Below, piece after piece: positions 11,895 to 24,503 of a stretch of 64,000 nt of DNA. Each line of letters begins with the position of its first letter. Within the stretch, counting starts at the first letter, position 1. The translations under genes were made by a program, and so were the position numbers. The stretch is from Octopus sinensis. Taxonomy: Eukaryota. The notes beneath the pieces were generated by a model, which made no database searches, was not told the DNA's origin, and saw only the letters and a program-made list of their open reading frames with translations. The stretch spans positions 100,688,001 through 100,752,000 of the forward strand of contig NC_042999.1 in assembly GCF_006345805.1 (NCBI RefSeq), read 5' to 3'.

Positions 11895-12358
11895 GGCGGC
11901 GAGCTGGCAGAAACGTTAGCGCACCAGGCGAAATTCTTAACGGTATTTCATCCATCTTTACTTACATTCTGAGTTCAAATTCCACCGAGGTCGACTTTGC
12001 CTTTCATCCTTTCGGGGTCGATAGATTAAGTACCAGTTATACACTGAGATCGGGGTCGATGTAATTGACTTAATCCCTTTGTCTATCCTTGTTTGTCCCC
12101 TCTATGTTTAGCCCCTTGTGGGCAATAAAGAAATAAGAAACAGTAGCACACCAGGTGAAATGCTTAGCGGTATATCATCTGCCGTTATGTTCTGAGTTCA
12201 AATTCCACTGAGGTCGACTTTGCCTTTCATCTTTTCGGGGTCAATAAATTAAGTACCAGTTACGCACTGGGATCAATCTAATCGACTTAACCTCTTTGTC
12301 TGTCCTTGTTTGTCCCCTCTATGTTTAGCTCCTTGTGGGCAATAAAGAAATAAGAAAA
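11895..12358 (+). mobile_element. Head-to-tail tandem pair of tRNA-derived SINEs (type D)
   Basis: GGCGGCGAGCTGGCAGAAACGTTAGC...GAGTTCAAATTCC...GGGCAATAAAGAAATAAGAAA; repeated from ~12141 with the head truncated. Confidence 0.85.
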
Positions 12359-12719
12359 TATGGTAAGAGGAAATAGTTGGAGTGCGCAAGAAAGATGGCT
12401 ACACTGGCATCGTCAAATAATGTATATGAATGATAATGGATGAGTCAAGTAGTACCAGAAGATTTCTGTGGAAGGAACCAGCTGAAGAAGAAAACCAATA
12501 ACAAGATGAAAGAAGAGGTGAAAGTTGATCCCAGGATGTGGAACCTAACAAAGAAGATACCAAAGGAAAGCCACAAGTAGTGAGATGTTATGTAGGAAAT
12601 GACCTGTTCAACTCAAACAAGAATAGAAAAACATATGTAAAAAGAATGATGATAATGACGATGACGATAGTAATGATGATGGTGACTATATAACAATGAT
12701 ATTATTGATTTTTGGTGCT

Positions 12720-12880
12720 GATGTGGCTGTGTAGTAGAGAAGCTTGCTTCCCAACCATCTGGGCTTGGGTTCAGTCTCATTGCATAGAAACTTGGGTAAG
12801 TGTCTCCTACTATAGTCCTGGACAACAAAAGCCTTGTGAGTTGATTTAGTAGATGGAAACTGAAGGAAACCCATTATATA
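12720..12880 (+). mobile_element. tRNA-derived SINE type A, 5' half
   Basis: GTGGCTGTGTAGTAGAAGCTTGCTTCCCAACC...GGAAACTGAAGGAAACCC. Confidence 0.75.
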
Positions 12881-12980
12881 TGTGTATATATATATATGAG
12901 GAGAATAAGGAGAATGAGAAGAATGAAGAATTTGAACATTCAAACTTTATGCTTATTTCCAGTCAGTTTTTTCATAATAA

Positions 12981-13076
12981 TAGTTCGATAAATGTTTTGA
13001 TCGTACCAACTGCATACTGTTGCATATTCATATGCAGCAATTTATGCATTATTAGTATGATCTCATCAGGGCATAT
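12981..13076 (-). ncRNA. Degenerate hammerhead motif with a 64-nt branched helix II
   Basis: Minus strand: ATATGCC-CTGATGA-GATC...GATC-AAAAC(for GAAAC)-ATTT-ATC-GAAC. Helix II closed by GATC/GATC, TACTAA/TTGGTA and TGCATA/TATGCA; helix I mostly lost. Confidence 0.5.
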
Positions 13077-13454
13077 AAGTATGACATTTTCCAAAGAGGA
13101 ATTTTCTTCTGCTGTTAGTTTAAATTAGACTTGGTAGTATTAGCAAACCGTTACATTCTTCAATGAGATGTTTTTCACAACTGTTTGTTTGGGTAAAATT
13201 CAGAAGCAGCAGCACCAGTGTTTGTATGTATATATGTATATGTATATATGTATGTGTGAGTGTTTGTGTTTGTCCTCTGTTACCAATTGACAACCACTGT
13301 TTACATTTGTTTAATTTAGTGGTTTGGCAAAAGATACTCACACTTAAAAAAATATCAGGGTCATTTTCTTTGATGAAACTTTCAAGGTAGTGCCACAGTA
13401 TGGCTGCAGTCAAATGACTGGATCATGTAAAAGACAAAAGATGAAAGATAGACA

Positions 13455-13858
13455 TCTCTCTTTTCTCTCTTTTACTTGTTTCAGTCATTTGACTGCGGCC
13501 ATGCTGGAGCACCGCCTTTAGTCGAGCAAATTGACCCCGGGACTTATTCTTTGTAAGCCCAGTACTTATTCTATCGGTCTCTTTTGCCGAACCGCTAAGT
13601 GACGGGGACATAAACACACCAGCATCGGTTGTAAAGCAATGCTAGGGGGACAAACATAAACACACAAGCATATACACACACATATATATATACATATATA
13701 TGACAAGCTTCTTTTAGTTTCTGTCTATCAAACCTACTCACAAGGCATTGGTCGGCCCAGGGCTATAGCAGAAGACACTTGCCCAAGATGCCACGCAGTG
13801 GGACTGAACCCAAAACCATGTGGTTGGTTAGCAAGCTACTTACCCCATAGCCACTCCA
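13455..13858 (-). mobile_element. tRNA-derived SINE type A, near full length
   Basis: Reverse complement GAGTGGCTATGGGGTAAG...GGGTTCAGTCCCACTGCG...GACCGATAGAATAAGTAC...CTCCAGCATGGCCGCAGTCAAATGACTGAAACAAGTAAAA. Confidence 0.9.
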
Positions 13859-14117
13859 TGTATATATATAAAGCACACACACACACAAACACACATAAGC
13901 AAACACATACATATTTAAATATTGTAGAAGTAAATACTTTACAGTTCTAATGAAAATATTTCTTTTGGACAAAATTAGAAGAGAGCTTGATACATGCCAA
14001 AAAACAAATCAATAAAAGAGCAATAATATATTGATATATATAAGTACAGCTGAGAAGAATACACACAAACACACACACACACACATGCATACACACACAT
14101 ATTTATACATATGTATA

Positions 14118-14660
14118 TCATCATCATCATCATCATCATTTAGTATCTGTTTTCCATGTTGGCATGGTTTAAATGGTTTGACTGGAACTGGTAAGCCTGA
14201 GAGCCATGCCAGGCTCCAGTCTTATCTTGGCTCGGTATCTACAACTGGATGCTCTTCCTAACACCAACCACACCAAGAGAGTAGTGGGTGGCTTTTATGT
14301 GTTACCAGCACTGTCCATGACTACGATTTCATGTGGCCTGACAATTCTTCCCAAGCACAACAAACTGCCAAAGGTCCTGATCATTTGTCATCACCTCCAT
14401 GAAACCCAACATCTGAAGATCATGCCTCCCCACCTTGTCCCATGTCTTCCTGGGTCTCCCACTTTCACAGGTTCCCTCCACAGTTAGTGATCGGTACTTC
14501 TTTACACAGCTGTCCTTGTCCATACACATCACATAACCACACCAGTAGAATCTCTCTTGCACAATACTTCTGATGCCTCTTATGCCCAATTTTTCTTTCA
14601 AGATGCTTACACTCTGTCATACTTGCACACTGACATTGCACATCCAACAAAGCATACTAA
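14118..14660 (-). mobile_element. RTE LINE C-terminal coding end plus 3' UTR and tail
   Basis: ORF 14329-14601 KLGIRGIR...VQERF.W.G.VM.MD...CVKK....VEG...GRPRKTW; continues into the (CAT)n-tailed UTR. Confidence 0.88.
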
Positions 14661-14750
14661 CTTCATTTCTATGTATATGTATATGTATGTGTGTGTATGT
14701 GTGAGTGTGTGCGTGTGCGTGTGCATGCGCATGTGCGTGTGCATGCGCGT

Positions 14751-14795
<45 letters not shown>

Positions 14796-15139
14796 GAGAT
14801 CACAAAAGTGACAGTGGGTACTTACTAGCAGCACTTTTCCAAAAGATAAGAGTTAGAATAAAGCCACTATTGTCACTTCTGTGACCTCTGTTAATTTTGC
14901 CTTTAGGTTCTAATTGCTAATAAACCACCCTTTTAAATTTATATATATATATATATATATAATAATAAATATTAGGGAATAAATCCAAATTTACAGGGAA
15001 AAAATCAGATTTAGGATTAAATCCAATTTTATAGTAAAATATTATATAATATTATTAGAGACAAAACCACTATTTTGCAAAACAAACGAGGAAAGACTTA
15101 ATCAATACATAAAATTTTAATAAAATGTCAAAAAAACCG

Positions 15140-15182
15140 CCACTACAATTGTTTCTTGTCGTGATCGACAATCTTCAGGTGG
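15140..15182 (-). ncRNA. Intact minimal type-I hammerhead ribozyme
   Basis: Minus strand: CCAC-CTGAAGA-TTGTCG/ATCA/CGACAA-GAA-ACAATTGT-A-GTGG. 4-bp helix I, 6-bp helix II, full core, 8-nt palindromic helix III; predicted cleavage after GUA (between 15144 and 15143). Confidence 0.85.
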
Positions 15183-15570
15183 ACTTCCAATCTAAAATAT
15201 CAATATTTTAAAATATAAAAATAATAATTTTAAAATAATTAAAGTATTAATGAAAAAATATAAATATATAATCTATATATAACCTATATATAATCCATAT
15301 ATAATCAATATATAAACAATATATAAACTAAAATAAACCTATCAACAATTAAATATAAAACAAAACAAAAAATAAACTATATATACACCCATACACATAT
15401 AACTAATTATATATAACCATATCTAAATACATACACTAAATCACACACCTATATATATATCCCTATACATACACATAAAAACGTCTAGGCAACGATAAAT
15501 AAATAAAATAGCCAAATACTTCAACACAATACTTATTCATACTCCCTCACACACACATACAACCCACATT

Positions 15571-17520
15571 CCCGCTCTAGAAACGAACATCATTTAAAAT
15601 TATGAATGGAGAAATGGAATAAATGGAATTAAAAATTATATTCACTTGGTAAAACGAACATTACTTAAAAATTATGAATGAAATAATGTAATAAAATAAC
15701 AGACATCGTAAATAGACATAAATTACTACGAATTCTTTAATAAAACTTCCATGATAAACTAAAACTCATAAAAACATATAATGATAAAATCTCCCTTTAC
15801 TAAACTCTATAACATACCTATATAGCAATCCCCCTAACCTAAACATTCACACACAAATACACACACGTAAACCACACACCCACGACATATACAAATACCC
15901 ACCTCACTCACACATACCTATACATACATATAAACCTCAATATATACTCCAAAAACCCACTCAACCCCACACAGATAAATAAACACATACATCCCCAAAC
16001 CTATATAGCAAACCCATAAACATTCACACACACAAATACACACACGTAAACACACACCATATACATATACATACTCACTAAACTCGATGTATACAACAAT
16101 ATTAACACACCCACACTCATACAGATAAATAAATTATACAACTAAAATACGCACACACTCACACACAATCCCACATACATAAACACTCCAAAGAAAAACA
16201 ACATTATTACACATAATACGATATATAAAATACATCGTAAGTAACCAGAATATCAAAAATAACAATATGACATAAGGAGAAATAATATACATACTTTCAA
16301 GTCAGTTTCAAATTATGAAGTGAAATTAAATTCTAAGCCGTTAAAAACGTCAAACCAAAATTACGTTACCATAGGAACCTAACATATGTATAAAAAGAAT
16401 ACGCGCTATGGAAGCAAAGGTCATTTAAAATTATGAATGGAGAAATAGAATAAATGGAATTAAAAATTATATTCACGCGGTAAACTAACATTATTTAAAA
16501 AAATTATGAATGGATTCTTTAATAAAACTACCATGATAAATTAAAACTCATAAAAACATAAATGATAAAACCTCCCTTTACTAAACCCTATAACATACCT
16601 ATATAGCAATCCCTTTAACCTATACATTCACACACAAATACACACACGTAAACCACACACCCATAACAAATACAAATACCCACCTCATTCACACATACCT
16701 ATAAGTACATATAAGCCTCAACATATACACCAAACAAAATTACGTTACCAAGGAACCTAACATATGTATAAAAAGTATTCCCGCTCTGGAAACGAACATC
16801 TTTTAAAATTATGAATGGAGAAATGGAATAAATGGAATTAAAAATTATATTCACGTGGTAAAACGAACATTACTTAAAAATTATGAATGAAATAATGTAA
16901 TAAAATAACAAACATCGTAAATAGACAAATTACTACGAATTCTTTAATAAAACTACCATGATAAACTAAAACTCATAAAAACATATAATGATAAAATCTC
17001 CCTAAGCTAAACTCTATAACAAACCTATATAGCAATCCCCCTAACCTAAACATTCACACACAAATACACACACGTAAACCACAGACCCACGACTTATACA
17101 AATACCCACCTCACTCACACATACCTATACTAACGTATAAACCTCAATATACACCAAAAACCCACTCCCACCCCACACAGATAAATTAACACATACATCC
17201 CCAAACCTATATAACAAACCCATATACACATTCACACACAAATATACATACGTAAAACACACACACACAACATATACATATACTCCCTCACATATACACA
17301 TATACATACTCACTAAACTCGATATATACAACAATATTTACACACCCACACTCATACAGATAAATAAATTATACAACTAAAATACGCACATACTCACACA
17401 CATTCCCACATACATAAACACTCCAAAGAAAAACAACATTATTACACATAATACGATATATAAAAAACTTCATAAGGAACCAGAATATCAAAAGTAACAA
17501 TATAACATAAGAAGAAAAAA
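15571..17520. repeat. Three diverged tandem units (~830, ~380, ~740 bp)
   Basis: Unit start CCCGCTCT.GAAACGAACATC.TTTAAAATTATGAATGGAGAAATGGAATAAATGG at 15571, ~16401 and 16780; the middle unit has internal deletions. Confidence 0.9.
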
Positions 17521-17530
17521 AAAAAAAAAT

Positions 17531-17735
17531 TGATTGGCGTCTGTGCCAGTGGCACGTAAAAAGCATCCACTACACTCACGGAGTGATTGGCGTTAAGAAG
17601 GGCATCCAGCTGTAGAAACACTGCCAGATCAGACGAGCCTGGTGCAGCCTCCTGGCTTCCCAGACCCCAGTCGAACTGTCCAACCCATGCTAGAATGGAA
17701 AACAGATGTTAAATGATGATGATGATGATGATGAT
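17531..17735 (+). mobile_element. 5'-truncated RTE LINE 3' end
   Basis: GGCACGTAAAAAGCATCCACTACAC...GTTAAATGATGATGATGATATATA. Confidence 0.8.
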
Positions 17736-17767
17736 ATATATATAATATAAATAATATATATATATGT

Positions 17768-17817
<50 letters not shown>

Positions 17818-18693
17818 GTATTATTCATATTATTTGATTGAATGCTCTGCATCCATTTCCAAGTAAGTTTATCTCATACACACACACACACACACACAGA
17901 AATGAACTTTAGTTTAGTTAAAATATGTTTGTAACTTCAACTTCTAAAGAAAAATTTACTGCAGTTACCATGGAGAAAAAAAATTCTCTCTTATGGTAAA
18001 AAGTGTAAAAACACCACATCTGCTATGCTTCCTTCTAGCAGATTCCCAGATGCATTTCTGGCTCTTTGATCATGTATTCTGTCTGCCTTTCGTTTTCCCA
18101 CTCACTCATCCAACATCGTGTCATCTTCTCTTGTTCTTCTCCTGTCTACTGTTTCGTCATTGCTATACTACTGCTCTGCACTGTCAGCCATCATTTTTCC
18201 CATCATTTCTGCTTCCTCTATCACACTCATTTCCACTCACCTCATATCCCAAAGGTTCACTTTAACACCTCATCACCATTATTTTTTATCGCTATCCAGC
18301 CAATTCAATCTTTCTCCTAAAATATGAGTAGTCATGTAGCTCCTCTACAGAAATCTATTCTGCTCTGGTCCCTTTTCTCATACTCTTACAACTCTTTTAC
18401 CCCTCATGTCCTTGCATAAAGTTGCACAATTAGGGTTTGTAGTCTTGCAAGTTGCTAGACAGTTTCACAAGTGTTCATGATATGGCTGATTCAGAAAGGG
18501 CATCCAGCCATAGAAGCCATATCAAAAAGGGGGATAAAAAAAATGGAGCATGATGTAGTACTTGGACTCTTCAGCTCTTGTCGGACCATCCAGCTTATGA
18601 AACATAGTCATTAAACAACGATAATGATGATGATAGTGATGCTGCTGCTGCTGATGATGATGGTAATTATATATATGTGTATGTATGCATACA

Positions 18694-18765
<72 letters not shown>

Positions 18766-18769
<4 letters not shown>

Positions 18770-19115
18770 TCATCATCATCATCGTTTAACGTCCGTTTTC
18801 CATGCTAGCATGGGTTGGACGGTTTGACCAGGGTCTGGGAAGCCAGGAGGCTGCACCAGGTTCCAGTCTGATCTGGCAGTGTTTCTACAGCTGGATACCC
18901 TTCCTAACACCAACTACACCATGAGTGTAGTGGGTGCTTTTTACGTGCCACCAGCACAGGTACCAGGGGAGGCTGGCAACAGCCATGATCGGTTTGTGCT
19001 TTTTATGCTCTACTGGCATGGAAGCCAGTGAAGGCGGCGCTGGCATTGGCCACATTCAGATAGTGCTTTTTATGTACCACTGGCACAGATATCACAACTA
19101 CAATTTCCATTTGAT
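18766..19115 (-). mobile_element. 5'-truncated RTE LINE 3' end
   Basis: (TA)n-CATCATCATCGTTTAACGTCCGTTTTCCATGCTAGC...CAACTACAATTTCCATTTG. Confidence 0.82.
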
Positions 19116-19632
19116 TTTTATTTCATTTATATATATATATATACACACACATACACACAACCATCCATCCATTCATACATACATACCTACATACATACAA
19201 TCATGCATCCATGCCTATATACAAGTGGATGTTCAAAAGATCCATATGTGGAGAATAATTGAATTGAATAAACTTTAAAAACCTTTTATTATTTTTTCTA
19301 TAAATGTATATTTATATGTGTATCTGAGTGTGTGTGTGTCTGTCTGTGTCTTTGTGTGTATTAACAATTATAAATATATATTTCAGAGAGAGAGACAAAG
19401 AGAGAAACATACAAATAGACAGACAGAGAGACAAATAGGCATATAAGCAGCCAATTACCAAAATTTACAAGAGCAAGTTCATCTAGTGTAGTTGGTAGGT
19501 TGTTATTTTGACATTGCATCACCACAGTGGAACCAACTGAATGGTTGGAGCAATGCCAGCCATAATTATTCTTTATTAAAATGTCTATATTTGAAATATA
19601 CATTCATAACAACAGCAGCAGCAGCAGCAGAG

Positions 19633-19980
19633 TGGAGGCACAATGGCCCAGTGGTTAGGGCAGCGGACTCGCGGTTGGAGGATCGCGGTTTCGATTTCCA
19701 GACCGGGCGTTGTGTGTGTTTATTGAGCGTAAACACCTAAAGCACCACGAGGCTCCAGCAGGGAGTGGTGGCGACCCCTGTTATACACTTTCACCCCAAC
19801 TTTCTCTCACTCTTTCTTTCTGTTTCTTGTCCCTAACTTCCTATGCAACCGCTGAGCCTGGATGCGCATTCATCCCTCTGTCGATGCTCTCAGTGCCGGG
19901 GGTTGACCTGCTTTCTCTTCTGTGGGTCTTACGAATAGCATAAAACCACGTTTCGGACCACTTGGACTGGATCGCTCAAC
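19633..19980 (+). mobile_element. tRNA-derived SINE type B with a variant 3' part
   Basis: GGAGGCACAATGGCCCAGTGGTTAGGGCAGCGGACTC...TTTCGATTTCCAGACC; homologous to 28631-29005 up to ~19820, then diverges. Confidence 0.8.
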
Positions 19981-20049
19981 AGCAACAGCAGCAGCAACAA
20001 TAACAACGATGTTTTTTTTTTTTATTAGCCTCACAAACTCAAAGTGGGA

Positions 20050-20530
20050 CAAAACATACAGGCAAAGTTTTGGATTAGGATGCCTACATAAGTTTTGACA
20101 GAGAATTTCCTGATTTTTTTTTTTTACCACTACCTGCGAAACGATGTGGTGGGGGCATCTTTTTATGAAAAATATGTTTGAAAGTTTATGAGTTTTTTTG
20201 TCACCACCCCGATCCTCCAGACTGGTTTCAACCAATTTTTTTGGTAGTACACAATTAAAAACCATGGGAGAAGGCTTTTCAGTAAATATTTTCAGATGAA
20301 AAAGTGTGTGATTTAAGGGAGATTTGGTTGTTATTTCTAGTACATCCCACAACCACCTTCCTTGTGTCTTTGCCACTCACAGTTATTAATATTTTTCAAA
20401 AATTGTTCTCATAAAAAGATGCTCTCCACCCAATCATTGGGTCAAAAAAAAAAAAAAAATCAGGAAATTCCTCATCAAAATGGGAAACTTCCAACTTACA
20501 TGGGTGTCCTGATCCGAAACTCTGTCAACA
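20050..20530. mobile_element. Diverged fold-back/MITE-like element with ~150-bp inverted arms
   Basis: 20060-20125 is the reverse complement of ~20455-20525 (AAAAATCAGGAAATTC...CCT.ATCC.AAACT), and 20150-20190 of ~20392-20428 (GCATCTTTTTATGA). Confidence 0.5.
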
Positions 20531-22263
20531 TATGGAATTACCCCCCCCCCAAATATTGAGTATGAGAACAATTAACAAATATGATTGGCAGTTCTGAGAG
20601 ATGTTATACAATACATGGAAGGTCATATTAATATTTCAAAGGTTCACACACATATATGTATGAATATACTAATATATGTAAACTTAAGTTGTTGACATAC
20701 TATCTCGGCAAATTTAACTATTTCTCTTGGTTGATACAAATATATGTACAGTAATCCCACACTTATCGTGGGTGTTATGTTCCAAAACCCCACCGCAATA
20801 GATGAAAATCCACGAAGTAGAAACAGTATTGTACTGTATATTTAAAAAATTATTTTATAATTTGTACAGGATGGGGCAGAGAGATGGACGTTTTTTAAAT
20901 GGCTATTACTCAGCCTCAGTGGGAGAGACATATGTCCAACAGGTATCATTTGGTATCTAGTTTTTTTCATTCACAAAATACACAATTTTAAAAAGACAGT
21001 AAGAAATCTGAAAATCGGCTATAATAAAGTAGCCTTCCCGTCTCATTGCTTTGAAGGTATGATGTTGTGGAGAAAAAAGTTACTAAGGTTTAAAAATAAA
21101 AAAAAAACATACTTTTAGCCAATTTAGACAGAAATTTTCTGCATTTAGTGGGGCTGTGTCAACTTTAAGGTTGTACCCTGTGAAATTTAGAGTTTAGCAT
21201 CTGACCTGTTCGTTGTAGGTTTCTAAATAAACAGAAATACCTAATAAAACATCTTACTGTTTCTATTGTCTCTTCATTGATTGTATGGTATTTTATTTTT
21301 TTTTATTTGTTATATTAATATATTTGTTTGCATATGTTTACTTTATGTGTATTTCAGTATTATGTATACCTGTCATATATTTGTGTACATCAGTACATCG
21401 TTAATATATAAGTGCATGTTGATGTATGTATTCATATATAAGTTTATATGTACATTTATGCATTCGTGTGTGTGTGTGAAGGGGGCATCTGTCTCCAAAA
21501 CTCCAAAGTTGAGTAATGTTTTCATTCTTGGATTTGTAAACTACGATAAGAATAACACTGGTCAACAAAGAATTTGTCCCAAGGAAAAGAATACCTATAC
21601 CTAATACGTTTTTGCATACAGAATTCAAAAATAATGTTGAAATATCTGTATCACCCAGTTTCTCTGTTCTATGATATCTCTCTCAGTTCCTGTTATGTGA
21701 GCTAAATTTCAGTTAAGCTGTTGAAATATGAAGCTAATGGTTTAAGAAATACTCCTAATTAAAATTTTTATGAACAAAATTAACCTAGTGAAATCATAAA
21801 TCCAACTATTTGAGTTAATGAGCCCCAAAAATATATGAAATAAAAAAGCACAGAAAAATATGTAATATATGAACACACAGAAATATTAAAACAAAACACG
21901 CAAGTGAAAAGAATCTCGTGGTATGAAGAATTAAGTGTGAATAATCAACATAGACAACAGTGAACCACAACACAGCATGTGGTTGTCATGGTAACAAGCC
22001 GCTAATGCCACATTCTCTGTTGATTGGCTAAAATTACCCAAATTTTCTAAATTTAACACCAAATAACATCAGATTCCTTAATTTACGAGATAAAGTAATT
22101 GGTTGATCATAATCAAAATTCAGAGTTGCATCGATACACCGAAATTGAAAGCAATCTGAACAAAATTAAGTGGGGTTTATTTTGTGAATGAGAAAGACTA
22201 GATCCTATTCGGATCTCATTTTTTGGTCAGGGTTGTCTTAGCCTTTTTCTTTATAGGAAAGTC

Positions 22264-22905
22264 ATGGCACTGTGGATGATAGAGCAGATAGCATCGTGTG
22301 TTTGACTATGACAGTTACATGAAGAATAACGAGGCTGCCACAGCAGTTCAGTGTGAGTTTCAGTGCTACTTCAACATTCACTGGAATCAGGCTGCTCCCA
22401 CCCATAACATAATCTTATGTTGGATGAATGCACTTCATACACGAGGCACACTAATGAATAGGAGACTGGTTGGGGTGCCACAAATTGTACAGACCCTGGA
22501 AAACGTAGTATGCATCAGACAAGCTTTGATACGGAGTCTGAATTGCTCTGCTCGGGGGCATTCCACTGAGCTTGGTTTCGGTAATTGATCAGTAAGGCGT
22601 ATTTCGCATGAAGACCTGCATTTCCACCAGTACAAATTGATCATTTGGCAACAGTTAGAAACCATGGCACTATGCACAGTGACTTAACTTCACAGGTCAG
22701 ATGGAAGCAATTTTTGAGGCAAATGACAACCTCAATTTGTTAATGAGTGACGAAGCTCAATTTCATCTCAATGGCATGGTGAATCAACGGAACTGTCACT
22801 ATTTGGCTCCTAAAAATCTGAGAGAACTGCACAAAAGACCACTGCACAGCCCAAAAATGATCGTCTGATGTGCTGTTGCAAAAGCTGCAGTCATTGGTCC
22901 TTAAT
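22264..22905 (+). mobile_element. Tc1/mariner-superfamily (rosa/DD41D-like) transposase fragment
   Basis: ...TLENV..IRQALIRS...SAR.HS..LG...SVRRI.H.DLHFH.YK, LLMSDEAQFHLNG.VN.RNC.Y.A, RPLHSPK..V*CAV....VIGP; stops and frameshifts. Confidence 0.88.
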
Positions 22906-23661
22906 TTATTGACATAGCTAAGATTTAAACACAAAATGTAAATAATACCGAAATTTATATCTGTTACTATGATGATGATGGACATCATGATCATCTACAG
23001 CAGCAACAATAGTATCAGCAGGAGTATGAACAATATCAACCGTAGAGCTACTAACAACATGAGCACTAGCACTAGGAATATTATTATCATAATGATAGTG
23101 ATCATCGTTTGGTTGTAGTAGAAGCATGGATTACAACATACATAGCTAGATGTGTTTGATTATGCAGAAAGACATCATGCTTGGTTTAACAGAGAGAGTA
23201 TGTGTATTTATATTATTTTATGGCAGGATGTGGTATAATGCGGTGCAATTTGATATCATATGATATGATGTGATATGTTATAGATCAATGCACTTTTGAA
23301 TATTAATACTATATGCTGTATATCTATATATCTATCTATATATATATTGACTAGACATAAAGCCAATAATTCTGCAAAGTAAAGTGTATAGCTGAAATAA
23401 TGATAGTACATTACTGGGTACTGAAATAAGATGAGCTGAGGACTATGAGATAAACTTGGGTATGGGTTTTTGTAATGCATGTTGAATGTTTAAATAATAA
23501 CACACACACACATGTATATATATATATTTATAAATTTAACCTTTAAAGGTATTTTTTAATATGCTGGGCTTTGATAAATTTTTTTTTTTTTTTCAAAAAA
23601 ATTTTATCCTACATTAGATGTATATATATATATGTGTGTGTGTGTGTGTATGTGATGATGA

Positions 23662-23769
<108 letters not shown>

Positions 23770-23862
23770 GCGGATGTGTATATATATGCAGATGTGTGTA
23801 TATATATATATATATATATACGGATGTATATATACATATATACAGATGTGTATATAAATGCA

Positions 23863-24503
23863 TTTCTTTTGCTGGGCTCAAATCTCATTTGCAGACCCAT
23901 GAAAAGTGAACCACCACAAACTATTCTGCCTATCAATCTGTGTATACCTATCAATGCTATGCATGCCATAAGCCGAGGTCTACAATTCTAACAGCAGCCT
24001 CAAAAGACATTTTAAGATACAAAGGTCAGAACTTAATTGCAGCTCTTGGTGATCCAAAGCAGATATGCAATTTATGTGGGTATCTTTTCAAAACATTGTC
24101 TAGTTTAAAAGGCCATATCAGACACTGTGATAGACCTAAGGTATATATATATATATATATTATATATATATATATGGTGGTTGTCTACTCATTGTGCAGA
24201 GTCTGACCACTTCTTGTATTTATACCTTAGGTCTATCACAGCGTCTGATATGGCCTTTTAAACTAGACAATGTTTTGAAAAGATACCCACATAAATTGCA
24301 TATCTGCTTTGGATCACCAAGAGCTGCAATTAGGTTCTGATCTTTGTATCTTAAAATGTCTTTTGAGGCCGCTGTTAGATTTGTAGACCTCGGCTTATGG
24401 CATGCATAGCATTGATAGGTATACACAGATTGATAGGCAGAATAGTTAGTGGCAGTTCATTTTTCATGGGTCTGCAAATGAGATTTGAGCCCAGTAAAAG
24501 AAA
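23863..24503. repeat. Inverted repeat, ~284-bp arms (23863-24146 and 24220-24503), ~73-bp spacer
   Basis: ORFs 23940-24206 (+) and 24220-24426 (-) give nearly the same peptide; about 11 mismatches counted by eye. Confidence 0.92.

Larger units (their letters stand above)
14940..17520 (-). mobile_element. ~2.6-kb non-coding, strand-skewed element with an intact hammerhead near its 3' end (putative non-autonomous Penelope-like element)
   Basis: Plus strand strongly A/C-rich. Contains internal tandem units and an HHR at 15140-15182; bounded by (TA)n at ~14940 and an A-run at ~17515. Confidence 0.6.

Noticed and set aside
14940-17520. Mitochondrial control-region NUMT
   Set aside because: The strand skew and tandem units are suggestive. 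But no tRNA, rRNA or mitochondrial coding motif flanks it, and it ends in a hammerhead plus (TA)n. A BLAST to the mitogenome would settle it.
15571-17520. CRISPR-like or tandem retrozyme array
   Set aside because: The units are hundreds of bp with no repeat-spacer alternation and contain no hammerhead core each; the context is eukaryotic.
19945-19990. Hammerhead-like string on the minus strand (CTGTTGA...GGTCCGAAACGTGG)
   Set aside because: A6 is replaced, position 17 is G (not cleavable), helix II is poor and there is no helix I.
21401-21628. Hydrophobic ORF (GILFLGTNSLLTSVILIVVYK) as a transmembrane exon
   Set aside because: No convincing splice donor and no family resemblance.
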